Source: Trypanosoma brucei (Eukaryota). From it: a stretch of 64,000 nt of DNA. Each line of letters starts with the position of its first letter. The stretch's first letter is position 1. Location: assembly GCA_000002445.1 (NCBI GenBank), contig CP000068.1, forward strand, positions 1,472,001 to 1,536,000, given 5' to 3'. Position numbers and translations under genes: made by a program. Below the pieces are notes generated by a model. The model did not search any database, was not told the DNA's origin, and worked only from the letters and a program-made list of their open reading frames with translations. Shown one piece after another: positions 24,425 to 37,934 of the stretch.

Positions 24425-25870
24425 AGCAAAAGAGATGCGTTAATCACAACTGTATTTATTCCTGTTGTATTTGTATGTTTACAATCATTCTCTACTCTCT
24501 TTCCATCTTTTCCATCTTTAGCCTTGCACCTGCCACTTTTGTCTGTTCCTTTCCATTCGCACATGGCGCCGGTATCGCACTCGGTTTTACCCTTTTTATC
24601 ACAGCTTGGTGAATGTTTTGTGGCGTTTTTTCATGTATCTGTGATTTCATATTTCTTCAACGCTGCCAGTGATTGTTTTGCTAGGTAGAAACCTATGGCT
24701 TGCTCGAGTTTTTTGATATATCTTATCTCTTTTATCTGAATGTCTTTTTCTCCGGACATCGCTTCAGCTGCAATGGCTACACGGTCTACCTGTGAACATA
24801 GCTGTTTATTCAGTTTGTCGTCTGAATCTCCATAAATTTCACCAATGTTTTGTGTTAGTACTGTTTTGTGCTTATCCGCATCCTTTTGTTTCCATTCTTT
24901 GATCTACGTTAGGCCAACAGCTTCTCTTAACGGCGGATTTGCTGTTAGATGGTGCGTCTGTTGACTATTGAATGCTGTCCTTATAGTTTTAAGGTTGACT
25001 TCCAGCGTGTGGAGCTTGCTTATTAGTTCGGCTGCTTTGGCGACTGGAGGTATTGACTAGCTAATGGTTGCCGGTGTTGTACTGTAGGCGCTAGCGAAGG
25101 TTGTCGGAGCTTTGTAACTCACCGCAGTTTGTTTGTAAATTTTGCCGCCTTTGACCATCAGATCGGTGAGCAACGATTTTGTCGTGCAGGTGGTTGGTAG
25201 CGTTGCACCTGTCGATTTTCAGAAAAGGTTTTCTCCCGTTTTTTAGGTTTCCGGTGTCGTGGTTTGTAGATAATACAGCGTTATTGCGGCCTCTGTGTCG
25301 AATGTCCGCGGTACGACTGCCTTGTTCTCACGCGGTGGATCGGTTGGTTGGCACGCCCTGTGTGCCTTTGCACCTGTTTTAAATTTAAGTGCGTACATAC
25401 CGCCGTTGAAAAAGGTGCTTACATCCGTCCCTGCCGCGCTTTCAAGCATCTTCGCCAGAAAATCACTGGTTAGCCTCTGTTGTCCCGCTATCTGCGCACA
25501 CGCCGCAACGTTGTCTAGTGAAGTGCGCAAACCGTTCCTCAACTCCTCTGCTGCTGCTGCTACCTCATCGCTTGGACCTGTCACTATTGGTGCCACAAGT
25601 TTTTTGATTTCAGTGCTTCCAGCTAAGGCCGCTAATAAAACTTGTTTTGTCTCTACGTTGACAGCCGCTCCATATTCGGTTGCTGGTTGTACTTTGTTTT
25701 TTTAGTTGTGTCAACATGTTGCGTACATAGTCGGCTGCTTCGCCAGAGTCTTTCATCTCTATTGTGACATTGTGCACGGGGGATGGAGACGGTACCGCGC
25801 TGAATGCGGTGACTTTTATGAGTAGAGCCGTAGATACGAGATTGATCATGTGCCAACCTGCTTCTTGTTA
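24425..25870 (-). pseudogene. VSG: VSG pseudogene with multiple frameshifts.
   Basis: The 3' end 'aatgcaagcaaaagagatgcgttaatcac...' is a VSG C-terminus read on the reverse strand. ORF 25243-25596 is a VSG N-domain fragment. ORF 25610-25849 'MINLVSTALLIKVTAFSAVPSP...' is a signal peptide. Confidence 0.7.
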
Positions 25871-27777
25871 TTACTGAGTTGCTAGTGTCTGCTGTGCATT
25901 CCCGCGGCTCCAAAGGAGATGTGGTAAAGCTAGTGAAACTGTGGGTGTTAGCATCTCAGTTGTTGACCGTCCGCTGCTTTGTTAACTCAATGCTGCTGCT
26001 AATGCTTTGTATTTATCTCCTTTTCTGTTGCTGTTGTTCCGAATTTTTACCCGACGTCCAGCTGTGCAGGTACGTGCTTGAGAAAATTAGATGCGGCAAG
26101 CCGCTTTGGTTGCTAAAACACAGCAAAGGTGCATTGCTCATCGTCTGAATCCCATGTGAATGTTTGGCACCTTGGTATCCCTAGATGTAGCTATGTGTAA
26201 AACGTAGTAAGAAATTCTTTGGCCACAGTTTTTTACTATTGTTGATTGCTGCAAGAACTTTTCTCGCTTTTATCCTTGTTCCCTTTTTCAATACGCAAAG
26301 AAAAGCAAATAATTGCATATATTATTGTCTTATTTGGCTTCTTTTCTTCTATTTACTCTAGATTTTTACATAGGTTTTGAGGTCTGCATCGGCAATCTTA
26401 TTGAGTGCTGTATCTGGCCAAGTTGGCAACAGCTAAATTTTCATATTGTTCGCTCATTTGGGTCGAGCTCGTGTTTCACCGTTCCACAGTTAAAAAATTA
26501 CCTATTCATATCTCCACTACACTTTGTCGAGTGACTCTGAGGATTTCATTCTTTTTTGAGCCCGATAATCACGAAAGAATGCATTTGACGAGTTTTACCT
26601 GCCATATTACGAAGCTTCGAGCCACATTTAATAGTCATAATTTTTTTATCGTCGTGTGCAGATGGACGGGTCTTACCACTAACTTCACCGTCTCCCTTAC
26701 CCACTTTAAGGTTACTTTTATGGATATCGCTTCGCTCTCCTCTGTTTATCCTCGCTTTCTTGTGGGTTTATAAGTTATTGCTGCCTCCAACCTTGTTTGT
26801 AGAATATCTTCATATATTGTTGTTTGCCTTACTGGTCCTTTTTGGACCACCTAAGGTTTTTGCATACCAGATATTATGCTAACATGGATATTCTACCTCC
26901 TTCTCTCAGTAGTATAGCAGGATCCAAATACAATATAACTGCTGTTGTTGATTACGTCAAACTTTTATATTATTGATTTTTTAAACTCATCAGCACAGAA
27001 AGCTGTAGGTGGATGAATTAATTATGGGAAATTGGTTACCTTTCGCTGTTTATGTATGTTAAGAAGGATGTGATTACACTATTGTAAGCTAAGACGCTTT
27101 GAATCGACAAAATATTTCTCTGAAGTTGGATTTTAATAATTTTATATGGTTTATTATAAAAAAGAAGGACTCTGGTCTATCTAATAACGTTACTATTTTG
27201 GTTGCGTTTAGAAGACAATAAAAGCTACTATCTCTACACCACGTTTTTATTAAACAACACTTCTGTTGCTGTTTGGCTGTTTTCACGCGTTCTGTCGCTT
27301 ATTGTTGTGTCAAACGATAAGTCAAAGGTTTTGAAAAATTAGCCCGAAGAAACCTCCATACTCATTTTTCCATACCCCTCGCGTCTCATTATGTTAAACA
27401 CACACATGTTCCTACATTTTTCGGTTACAGCAGTACAGGAATATCCTTTCCAGACATTGTTTCTCACAGTCCCTAGTTTACAACTAATTTTTCCCTTTAC
27501 TTAACTCAACGATGACTAAGCTGCAGAAGCTTGCGTGTAAGTTCCATTGTACCCTTGATGTTGTTTTACGTGCCTCTGTTTTATGTTTCCATTTGGTATT
27601 TACACCCCACATTTCTTAATATTACTACAACTAAAACCATGAATTACTACTAAAATGCATAAAATAATCAAGAATAACCAAATTACAATATCACTAACTT
27701 TTTATGCCATATTAGCATGCTGCATTACACCCATATGCTAGCATTATACATATTTTACTAAAAATTTCAAAATATCA

Positions 27778-29357
27778 CTATTTTTTTACATTCTCATAAG
27801 TAGTGTTAGAAAATATCAGAATAAAAAATTCATGAAACCGAGAAAAAGTACTTAAAATGCTAAAATGCTGCCAAGCTCTGAAACCTGCAGCAATCCAAGA
27901 AAATTTCTTATTGAAAAGAAAACTGTAATCTTTGCATTTGTTTTCTATCCAATTTGCAGCTGGTGTCCTTCTTGCAGACATCCTCCAATTTCCCTTCGCA
28001 TTTCTCTGTTGTTTCTCCTCCTGTTTCTGTTGTTCTCCCTTCTCTTGCTTTAGCTTTGCATTTTTTCTCTTTTTGATCACATTCTCAGCTTTGTGATGGG
28101 CACTTTTTGGTTTCCATTGTATTTTTCACATGCTTTCTTCTCTTCTGCTGTTGGTTCTTTGTTTCCTTTTGGTGTTAGTGCCGGCGTTGTTCGTACATAC
28201 TCGATCTTTATTGCTTCGTACAATTTCCATGCGCTGCGTTTGAGTTGTTGTAGTTCTGTAGCGGTTTTTTTCTGTTTCGCTGCCTTCTGAACTCGCACTA
28301 AAAGTTTGCGTGCGGCCTGCTCGAGGCTTTTGTACCATTTTATTTTGTTGCTGGGCTCGCTTGGTCACTGCTTTATTGCTTTTGTGTAGTCTACGCAGGC
28401 TACTTGTGCTTGCCTTGGGCATTTGCCGCTGGTATGCGGATGTCCCAAGATAACAGTGCCGTCGGTTCCTTGGGTGTCACTCTTCAGTGCGGCTCTGAAC
28501 GTGGCTAGTGCCGCTGTGATTTCGTGCGCCGTGAGTTTTTCCGTAAACGGCGGGCATTTGCTTTCCACTGTCCTCCAGTCCGTTTTGGGGACGAATGTCG
28601 GCCCCCAGGTGTTTCCGTGGGTAGCTACCGTGTGCCCGCAGAGCTCGACGGCGGTAGTTGTTCTATCTGGAGCGCACAAGCAGATCATGTCGCCAATCAG
28701 AGATTTGCCGGCGGCGGGCAACGCGCAGTCCACACTGCGTGTCCCGCTGTGTGACATTGTTGCTGTGTCGCTGCCGTCTTTTTTGAACGTGCCTGTTCCG
28801 AATAGGGCGTTCTCAAGATCGGTTTTGATGTCCGGAGCGTCGGCAGCTAAACTTGGCTTAATGTTCCTTTCGTATTCGGCGTAGATTGTATTGGCGCGCT
28901 CCGCTATTAGTGAAAGTTGTTTTTGGATTCGCCTGCCTGTGACAGTTTCCTGTGGCCCTCTTTTGAGTTTGAGTTTATCATTAGTTATCTAAACCGCTAC
29001 GAACGCCGCTTTTGCGGCCTGCCATTTGGGGTAGAGTGTTTTGCAGTTCTCCCTGTCGTGTGCCATTATCTTGGAGCATGTCTTTTCTGCTTTGTCTGCC
29101 TGTGCGTCTTTTACCTCGTCTTCGAATGCATTGTACCATGAAGCTGCACTGGCTGACATGTTTAGGTGTTCTATTTCGCTGACATCGTTTCTGGTGAGCT
29201 CTACTACATTTAACTTAGTCGGATCGCTGTGTGCTAATGAAATAAGTGTACACATCACGTGGAATTCCTTGCCTTTGGACATGTCGCCTGCACCCCTTGC
29301 GTGTCGTACCAATGCCGGCAATAGCACCTAAAGAAAAGCTAATATGACGTGTGGATT
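27778..29357 (-). pseudogene. VSG: VSG pseudogene with a stop after the signal peptide, several frameshifts and a lost natural stop.
   Basis: ORF 28365-28757 has '...DMICLCAPDRTTTAVELC...' (A-type). ORF 28989-29327 is N-terminal. The C-terminal ORF 27778-28080 has '...CKDYSFLFNKKFSWIAAGF' reading through. The 5' end encodes 'MNPHVILAFL*'. Confidence 0.75.
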
Positions 29358-30627
29358 CATCTGGTAGTCTGCTTTGCCTATAAAGTTAAAAGTGTAGTCA
29401 AAACGTAGTTACTGACACATCTGGATAGTTATTAGGTGCTTTTGGTTTGTATTTTTGGCGGTCTAACTAGATTTCGTTTTTAATTTTGATTGTAATTTAG
29501 ATGTAGTCTTCTACTTCCGCTATTCTGATCTATATCGTTCTATTCCTATATCTAAAACCATTAAAATTTATGGTTTCTTTGAGTCAGTCTATTTCAGTTC
29601 AACTTTTCTGGCAGGATGTATCGGCTACAATGATTTATCGCTAATTATTTGGCAGTACGCATGATTGTAAGCATTTCGCACTGTAGTGACATCCTATTAT
29701 CGGTTTCTTTAGTCTTTTACACGGCAACTGCGTTACCTCGCGCACTTTTTTTTCTATTGAATCTTCTTGTTACACTTCTTCAATACCGCGTCACCGTGTA
29801 TTTTTATGCTAATTAGCCACTCTTTAAACAGTCGTAGTGTTTGGCCGTTGAACCAATATGGTAGTGGTGGTGTATCATTACAAACTTTTAACACCCCACA
29901 CCAACCTCCTATAACGGCTGATGCACGCACCATTTTAAGAAGTTTTCGCATCTTCACCCTTCCTCTTCTCGCCAAAGAAATTCATTATTAGTCTTGGTTT
30001 TATACTTACTCTCCCCATAATATTACATTGCTTTCCACAATGTTTGACTATTACCACTATTTCTTATTGGAAGAAGGCCCCACATTACCTCGTATTTATC
30101 TAATTTCTTCTTTCTGCTGTTGGTGTTCCTATTTTTTAAAAGCTGGATATTAGAATTCACCATTAAATTAAAAACCACGTTTGCTACTATTGTTTCTTCA
30201 ATGGCACATATATCAAATTTTAGTAAAATACGTGGGGTTATCGGTTACTGTTTCGTGTGCTTTTTTGTTACGAAGTCTTGTAGTGTATCGTTTTATGCCA
30301 TATTTTATTATCTTCTTTTCCTTTTTTCTTCTCTAAATACTTCTGTAGATGACTTAGAAATTTCATTTGGATACTAAAGAGGACTCTTTCTTTTCCTCAT
30401 TGCCCCTTTCATCATTCCCTTGCGCATAATGATGACCATGTGCCTGTCTCTGATTGACACCTGGAATCTTCAAAATTTCTTCCCTTTATGTTTCTCTTTC
30501 TGCTTTCCATTTTATAATACAACGTGTGCTTGACGTTTCGTTTAATTAAACCCCCACTTTCTTACTTCAATTTTACCCTTTTTGTTGCCTTCAGTTTTTC
30601 CATTTGTCTACTCATTCAGTAATTAAA

Positions 30628-30715
30628 ATTTTGTTCTTATAATATTCGTATATACACACTCACAACATATTCCAATCACTATCATCATCATTATCATTAT
30701 TCCCTACTTAATATC
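30628..30715 (-). repeat. Single 70-bp repeat.
   Basis: 'ttataatattcgtatatacacactcacaacatattccaatcactatcatcatcattatcattatt'. Confidence 0.7.
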
Positions 30716-30994
30716 CATAAATAAACTAAATTAGAATATCACTTATTTTCCACACCCTATTGCCATACTACTTTGAACCTGTAGTTCACTGTCATACACA
30801 TTATACAAAATTTCATATTTATCAAATTCTCAAAGGTTTCGAAGGTTATACAAAAGTTTTAAAATGCATCAAATTTTAGTAAGTTTTAGAAATTATCTCA
30901 AGATATAAAATTTCATAAATTTCATAATATTGAGCAGAAAATCCTAAATATTTTTCATTATAGAAACAAAGCTACAAGCAAAAGAGGGGCCTTG

Positions 30995-32444
30995 TTAATG
31001 ACAAATGAATTGCTTCCTGTGGTGTTTGTGGTTCCAGTTTTTCCTTCCGTTTCTTGGTTTGCTTTTTCTGCTGCTTGTTTGCCTTCCTCACTCAATCTGC
31101 ACTTTTTGTTTTCCTCGCCATCGTTGTTGAAAACACACCCCTTATTCTTTAGCTTTTCGCAGGCTTTTTGGTCGTCTTTGGCTGCATTGCAAATTTTTCC
31201 TTGTTTTCTGCTGATTCTGTTTCCTGTTTTTTGCTCACAGCGTCTAGATTTTTCTTGAGAGTTACCACATTTTGTGCGGCTATCATCTCGTAATTGCTAA
31301 GGATGTCTCCTAACTCCACTGTATCGTGAATTTTTGCTAGGGGTGTTTCAGTGGTTCTACCTGCAATACCAGCTGGTATTATCTCGGCATTCACCATATC
31401 GAGGTATGTTTTTGTTTTGTCTGCTGCTAGGCCACCGAAAAGTGCTTCCAGCTTTGTTTTCTCTGCGTTGGGCTCAGTGCTGCCCTTTGGCAGCAACAGT
31501 GTTTTTACTAGCGCTTTGAGTGTCGGCCGTGTATCCAGGTTTCCAGTTTCGTTTGTGTAGGCTATGTCTGTTGCCTTTGATTCGCTGTTTCGTGCTTCCC
31601 ATGCTTCGTGCCACGCCGGGGCGGTTGCTTTGTGACCAGCTCCCATGGCTTGCATGTTTGCTAGCGTTGCTTCCACCGCTGTCGTCGGTATTGTCATGTA
31701 CCCTCTGAGCACCCGCGGTGCGCTGTCCAGGGCCGAAGTGGCCGGGTAACCATTTGTGTTGTGGCCGCTCAGCAATTTGCATGTTCCAGTGCTTTCTGCT
31801 GGCTGGAAGGTGTTATCCGTCTTTCCACCGCCGTGTCGTAGATTTGGATATCCAGCTGCCGTTAGTTCAGTTCGAGTTCCTGGTCCTGCTGTTGCTGGTG
31901 GCATGTTGAGGTCGCATTCTTCGGAGTCTAGCGTGGTTCCCGCTCGGGTTGCGGGTGTGTCAGCATCAGTTGTTACTAGGCACATGTTTTGTGTTCCGCC
32001 TTTTAGTGACTCCAGAAGGTTAAGAAACTCATCGATTCCGCCCTTAAGATACGCAGCAGCTCTAGCGGATCGGATTTGCGTGCCTAGCCCCATGGTCTTG
32101 TAGGTCTCGAGTCCAGCGTTGCTTTTCCGCGCGAAAAATCCTCGCAGCAGCGTTAACTGCTGCAGAGCTTGCGTTTCTGGATTTTTGGCTAGGTAAATGC
32201 TGACCTTATACTCTGCCGCTTTTATTTTCTGAATGTTACTGATCACTTCTTGTCCCTCGCTCAGCATCTCGCCGCTAACCTTAGAAAGCTCGGTTGTGAG
32301 TTTGCACAAAGGTTTCCAGGCTGTCGCCTTCAGACCGGTGCGCTCTGCGGCCATTGTTGTAGTTGGAAGTGTTGCGACGATTATTAAGCCGGCTGTTGAC
32401 AGCCACCGTGCCCACTTGGCGTTTTTTGGCCGTCGCGTCGCCAT
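30995..32444 (-). pseudogene. VSG: VSG, near-intact, with a single frameshift at about 31150-31190 at the start of the C-terminal domain. This may be a homopolymer indel.
   Basis: The 431-aa ORF 31149-32444 has a B-type N-terminus ('...TAWKPLCKLTTELSKV...'). The downstream frame encodes '...NAAKDDQKACEKLKNKGCVFNNDGEENKKCRLSEE...TTNTTGSNSFVINKAPLLLVALFL*'. Confidence 0.8.
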
Positions 32445-34849
32445 TAGTTACTGTGCCCTAGTGTTCAGTGTGTTGCTGTGCACAAAATAAAATGTGCTAT
32501 ATTATATGATGTTGTTTTTAGGTTATAATGCGCAGTGAGGACTGGAGTCAGTACGTTTCTGCAGTTTGTGATACAAAAGGCGCAAATGAAATAAGTTTTG
32601 GTGCTAAATACGAAGGGGGATTGCCCCCTGCTACAGCTTTGTCGTAGTGCATGTAAAAACCATGGCTGTGCATCTTGCCAACACACTCTGGGGCGCCTTT
32701 AACGATCTGGAAAAGGCATTTATGTAGACAAGTTCGAACTATACCTTATTCAAAAACATCTTTGCATGCTTTTCTGTGGAGTATCGTAAGACCAAAAGAG
32801 TTATTTTAGCGACAGGTACAACTTTCAGCCTCTTTTTCTTATTTATTTGATTCTTTAAACTTGTCTGAATTGGCCGATATCATTTCTGAAATATCCTCTG
32901 CTCCCATCGATACTTCCTGGAATCTACTAGTTTCTGGTTAATCTATCGCCAGTCTTGTAATATAGCACTAACACTCGAAGTACAACCACAGGCTGGATCA
33001 GAGTCAACTGCGCGCACAGTGAACGCTCACTATATACTGGCTTCCACTGTCCTATGCACACCATCCGTTACTAAATGTGATGTAGCTCTTACACACTTTT
33101 TCGTAAATGTGGCCCTCATTCCTAGAAGCTGCGGTACTTTTGCTCAAAAAAAGAAGTGTATGATACACCTCGGAGTATGTGCTTGCTTTTGACTTTAAAT
33201 GAAATGACACTCGGCTTTGGTATGATCTTGTCTCCCTCTTACAACGTTCTCTTTAATACTCTTCACGACTTCCAAAATGTTCACTCAAAGAAAAATACTT
33301 CCTTTCCCTTTCTATTCCTCTACTCCCTCTTTCTCTACATTTTTAAAGACTATCAACCTTCTACAGCCTCGCTTCAGAGCACTGTGGAAATATCTTCGCC
33401 GGTGATCATAACTTTCAGTGCTTGTTTCACAACTATTTTGGCGGGTTTCTTCATCTATCGCTGACTGAATTGCTGCTGTTTCCAAGTTAGCTCCTTTTCT
33501 GTTTTCCTTTCCACTTCACATTAATGTTCTGTTAGAGGAACCAAACACGCAGTTAGCTGGGCTTTATAGATAATTTTGTGTTTTTTAGAGGGTGAATGTA
33601 TATTTCCTAGGGCCTCTTATGTATTTACTGCCAGGCTTCTTTTTACATGGCGCGTTCTTTTAGCGTACAACCAATTGTTGATGGGTGATAACTAATTTTC
33701 TATTTTAAACCTCACGATACATCTAGTTATAAAAATCCAACACATCTTCATCCCTCATTTATCATATTTTTATGTATCCTGCGGCTTGCCATCTTCCTAT
33801 CGCTTTAAATTATTAAAAAACTTCCTATATCTTATATTTCGACATTTATGGCTGTTAATTGGTTTTATTTTCTACAGTTTCCGCCATGCTCAACACTGGT
33901 GGAGTAACAAGGTATCGGTGATCATTTTCACGGAAGCGATTCTTTTCCTTTGTAAGATTCAGATTGCGCTGCTATTTAGGTCGATAACGTTTAGAAGTGT
34001 GTAATTATAATCCAGAAAGTGCATTGACCACTGTTTTCCTTTTGTTAATTCGATTCTTTAGTTTTGCATCCACGGCATCTCTTACTTTTATTTCTCGCTC
34101 CCTAAAAGGAATTGTCGGCTGTTCAGTAAACAAATACGGTATTGAAGGAGTATCGCTTCTAATTGTCTCCACTTCATACAACTACTACAATGATCTATAT
34201 ATGCGCTACTTGGAGCAGTTTTCGCTTTTGGATTCTGCCTTTACTACCCACGGTAATCCATTAGTAGTCTTACTTTTAAAATCCCCCTCTACAAAATGTT
34301 ATATGGTTTTACACAAATTTTAGAGCTTGTTACTGCATTTGGTGAGAAAAAGACTTCGAAATTACCTCATACTTACTCAATTCCTTCTATATGCTTTTTT
34401 CAAAACTGAGCTTCAGAATTCAGCATCACGTTATAAATACACAGTCATCAACATCACATCTGGAGTATCATATGCTCAATTCTGTGTAAGATGCTGGGCA
34501 TCATATCCTCTTTTTGCTTTATTTACTTCTGTAACGTGTGCTTAGGCATCCATTTGTTTCATTCCTTATTTCTTCAACGTTCATTTCTTCATTTCTAGCT
34601 CTACAAATAAAGTAGCGACTTCATTTAGTTTGTACACTGGACTCTTTCTCTTTCTCTGTTGCATTTTCCGGTCCTTTGTCTCCTTGCCTGTGGCGCCACC
34701 GTCTGTAATATTTGTGTTTGAAACTTTTTATATTTTCTCTCCTTACTCTCTATCTCATTTTCTTACCCGCTATCCCACTTGTTCCAACTATAACCTTTCG
34801 ATTGTCTTAAAAGATCTATTTTTTCTACCGTCCATTCTGTTACAAAATT

Positions 34850-34922
34850 ATTTTTATAATATTCGTATATACACATTCACAACACTCTCCTATCACTATT
34901 ATTAATATCGTAATAACATCCT
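34850..34922 (-). repeat. Single 70-bp repeat.
   Basis: 'tataatattcgtatatacacattcacaacactctcctatcactattattaatatcg'. Confidence 0.7.
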
Positions 34923-35306
34923 TAAGTAAATTCACTACTTTTAATTTTGATTGTAAACCTAAATTATTTATAATATTCATAAAATATACAGTGTAAAATT
35001 ATTCATAATAGCACTCATTTTTCATATCCTATTATCTTCCTACTTTACACCTATATGTCACTTTCACATCAAATTATTTTTAATAATTTTTTAACAATTT
35101 CACTTAATTGAACATTTTCATCAGAAAATATTAAAATATATCACAATTTATCGGTTTTATTAACTTCTTTCGAAATATAAAAAGTATTTAAAATACCAAA
35201 ATACTATCAAATCTACAAAAGTAGCAGCAATCAGGGCAAATTTCTTATTTAAGAGTAAATTGGAATATTTTCACTCTGTCCCCTAAAATTCGCAACCATA
35301 TTTGCA

Positions 35307-36724
35307 CTATTCTTCCGTTTTGTCTTTGCATTTCTCTGTCTTTGCTGCACCTCCCTCTGTTTCTGCTGTGTTTTTCTTTTCTTCTTCCTCTTTAGGCTTG
35401 CATTTTCCTTCTGTTTCAGTTTTTTCTTCCCATTTGAAGTTAACTTTGGGGCATGTTGTATTTCTGTTGTAATGGTCGCAAGCTACGCTGTTGGGTGCGG
35501 ATTTATCTACTGCAGTTGTTGAATGGGTAGCGCCGCTTACACCTGTCCATTGGATTGCCTTTTCTGTTTTGATTTCATGTTTGGCTTCGTTTGCTAAATC
35601 GCCTAGTATTTTGTTGCTCCGATTCCCTGCCTCGAGTTGGGGCTGCCTCTCCTCCATGTGATCCGCTAGGTTAGAGAACGCCGACACCCATGTTATTTTG
35701 TCCAGACCCGCTGGCCTCGCAGCTTCGTAGCCGGTGATTTTTATGCAAACCCCGCCGTTTTTTTTTCCATCGCAGGCTCCTCCAATTTTCGCGCCTAGGT
35801 AGCCGATCCCGTTAGCGGTATGGAATAGGGCACTGAGTTCTTTTATCGCGTTCCTTATGTCTCTGAATATGTAGGGTTTTTTTTTCTTGGCTGAGGGCAG
35901 GTTTTTACTATCTTTACTAGGTCGTCGTCCGGAGCTTTGTTTGCGGCGGTTCTCCACCCGGTTGTTCCTTCAGCTTCCTTCGTGCAGGCGCCGTCGGTTA
36001 CCTCTGTCGAGTCGGGTTTCTCGCACAGGCATGTTAGCGTTGCTAGTACAGTTTTGGCTCTTTTATTGCTGTCCGCCGCTTCACAGACTGTTTCCCTTGC
36101 TGTGTTTTGCGTGTCTTCGCCGAATGCGGCGTTGGATGTCTCCGCTCGTCTTTCGCTCACGTCGGCCCCATAGACTGCCATTTTAAGCGTCTTGCTAGCC
36201 TCTGCTTGTGTGCGTTCCAGCGCCGCAGCTGAAAGCTGCGGAAACGTCGACTTGATTCGGCGCGCCTTGTTACCAATCTTGCTTATGAACGCATGAGCGG
36301 CCGCCTTTTGTTCCTGTGTCAGCGCTCCCACCTTCAGTTCTTTCACATCCTGTGGTCCGCCGTCTTCGAGTACATCAAGGGCGGCTTTCTGCCAATCTGA
36401 CCAGCAATTGTCGTATCCGAACTTGTCTTTTCCGGCCGCTTTGGCATCGGCGTGCACGCTTTTGGCCGTTTTGTCTTCGTACATCATGTTTTGCCATTTG
36501 TAAGTTGAAGTTGATAGATTGAGCGCCTGAATAAGTTCATAGTCGTTTGAGCTTAGCGAGCTTGGCTGTGGTAAGTCGAAGGGGCTCTCCGCTATCGTCA
36601 CAAACTTGCACAATACCGCATACTCGTGGCGATTATCACCGGTGTTTATTGCTGCTGTTGTCTTATTAACGACAATTCAGGCTGAGAAAAAGCTTAGTAG
36701 CACTAGTGTAGCCTTGGTCATAGC
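35307..36724 (-). pseudogene. VSG: VSG pseudogene with a stop after the signal peptide and a frameshift near 35900.
   Basis: ORF 35307-35957 is the C-terminal half ('...CPKVNFKWEEKTETEGKCKPKEEE...'). ORF 35855-36613 is the N-terminal domain. The upstream frame encodes 'MTKATLVLLSFFSA*'. A 16-mer-like 'atattaaaatatatca' lies at 35128-35143. Confidence 0.78.
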
Positions 36725-37602
36725 TTTTTCTGATCGTGTCTGGCTTTGGATGCAGCAAAAAATGCTTGTTTGTGAGTGTACAGTTTTAAGAAAGTGTTGT
36801 TGTCGTCTTCTTGTGACACAGATCTCGGCTCGCTATCGGTTCTTCACCTTGCACTTGTGTTAAAACGGTATTTGATTAAGGTAATGTTTATTTTATGATG
36901 TATCAGGCGTTTTCACGCTGAATATACTTGGTTCAAATTGGCTATACAGCCACCGCCGCTCATGTCCTTCTAGCTAGTTCTGTGACTTTTTTAATGGTTT
37001 AATGCTAATGTTCAGTCACTTCTACAAAGTAAACATATGTTTGCTGCTCACTTATTAAATGCTTTTCTATTCCCCAATAACCTACTAAAGTAAACATATG
37101 TTTAAACACTCTATGAATACCTTGTCCCTGGGAGCGTAACATAAAGGCAGCCGTCCGCTCCGTAATAAAAAACAGAGCTGTTTACATCTCTGGTGCTTAA
37201 CCTATCAATTTCTGTCTGAAATGCGAAGAACAATTTCCCACATAATTTTATTTGGTACTGTGTTGAAGCGAATAATGTTTTCGTTCGGTATTTTCGTTCC
37301 TCTTTTTCGTCTACTGTTTCTGCTTTTACGGACGACGCAGTAGCTCTATTATGCCTGTATACATTAGATTCTGTCGCACCATTGTTGTTCTCTTCATCAT
37401 CTACTTTCGAATAATGATTCCCTTCGTTATATTACTTATGAGAATACGGATATACAATCTTTCTCTCTTTCTCTTTCTCTTTTTTAACAACATTCTTTTA
37501 CTCTATTCATTTATTTTAATTAATGTCTCACTTTTCTACTCATATCGCACAACAAAAATTGTTTTAAGTGCTTCTTTTTTACTTTTCAATTTATTCTTAG
37601 GA

Positions 37603-37680
37603 ATGACTCTTAAAATAATATATTCATACATACACACTTACAACACTCTTCTATCATTATTATAATTATATTTATTGTAG
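37603..37680 (-). repeat. Single 70-bp repeat.
   Basis: 'taatatattcatacatacacacttacaacactcttctatcattattataattat'. Confidence 0.65.
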
Positions 37681-37934
37681 CCCTGGCTAATATTTGTATA
37701 ATAAAAAAGAGGTAACCAAAATATCAAAAATTGTTATATCGCTCATTTTTCATACCATATCTCTAATCTTACTAATATACACCAACATGATACTATTACG
37801 AACATTTTATAAATTTCCAAATTTTAAAATTATTAAATTTTTTTTAAAAATATTAAAATGTATTAATTTTTTCCAGTAATTCTTAAAAGTGTTATGCTAT
37901 AATAAAAAATGCAAGCAAAAAAGTGGCATTATTA

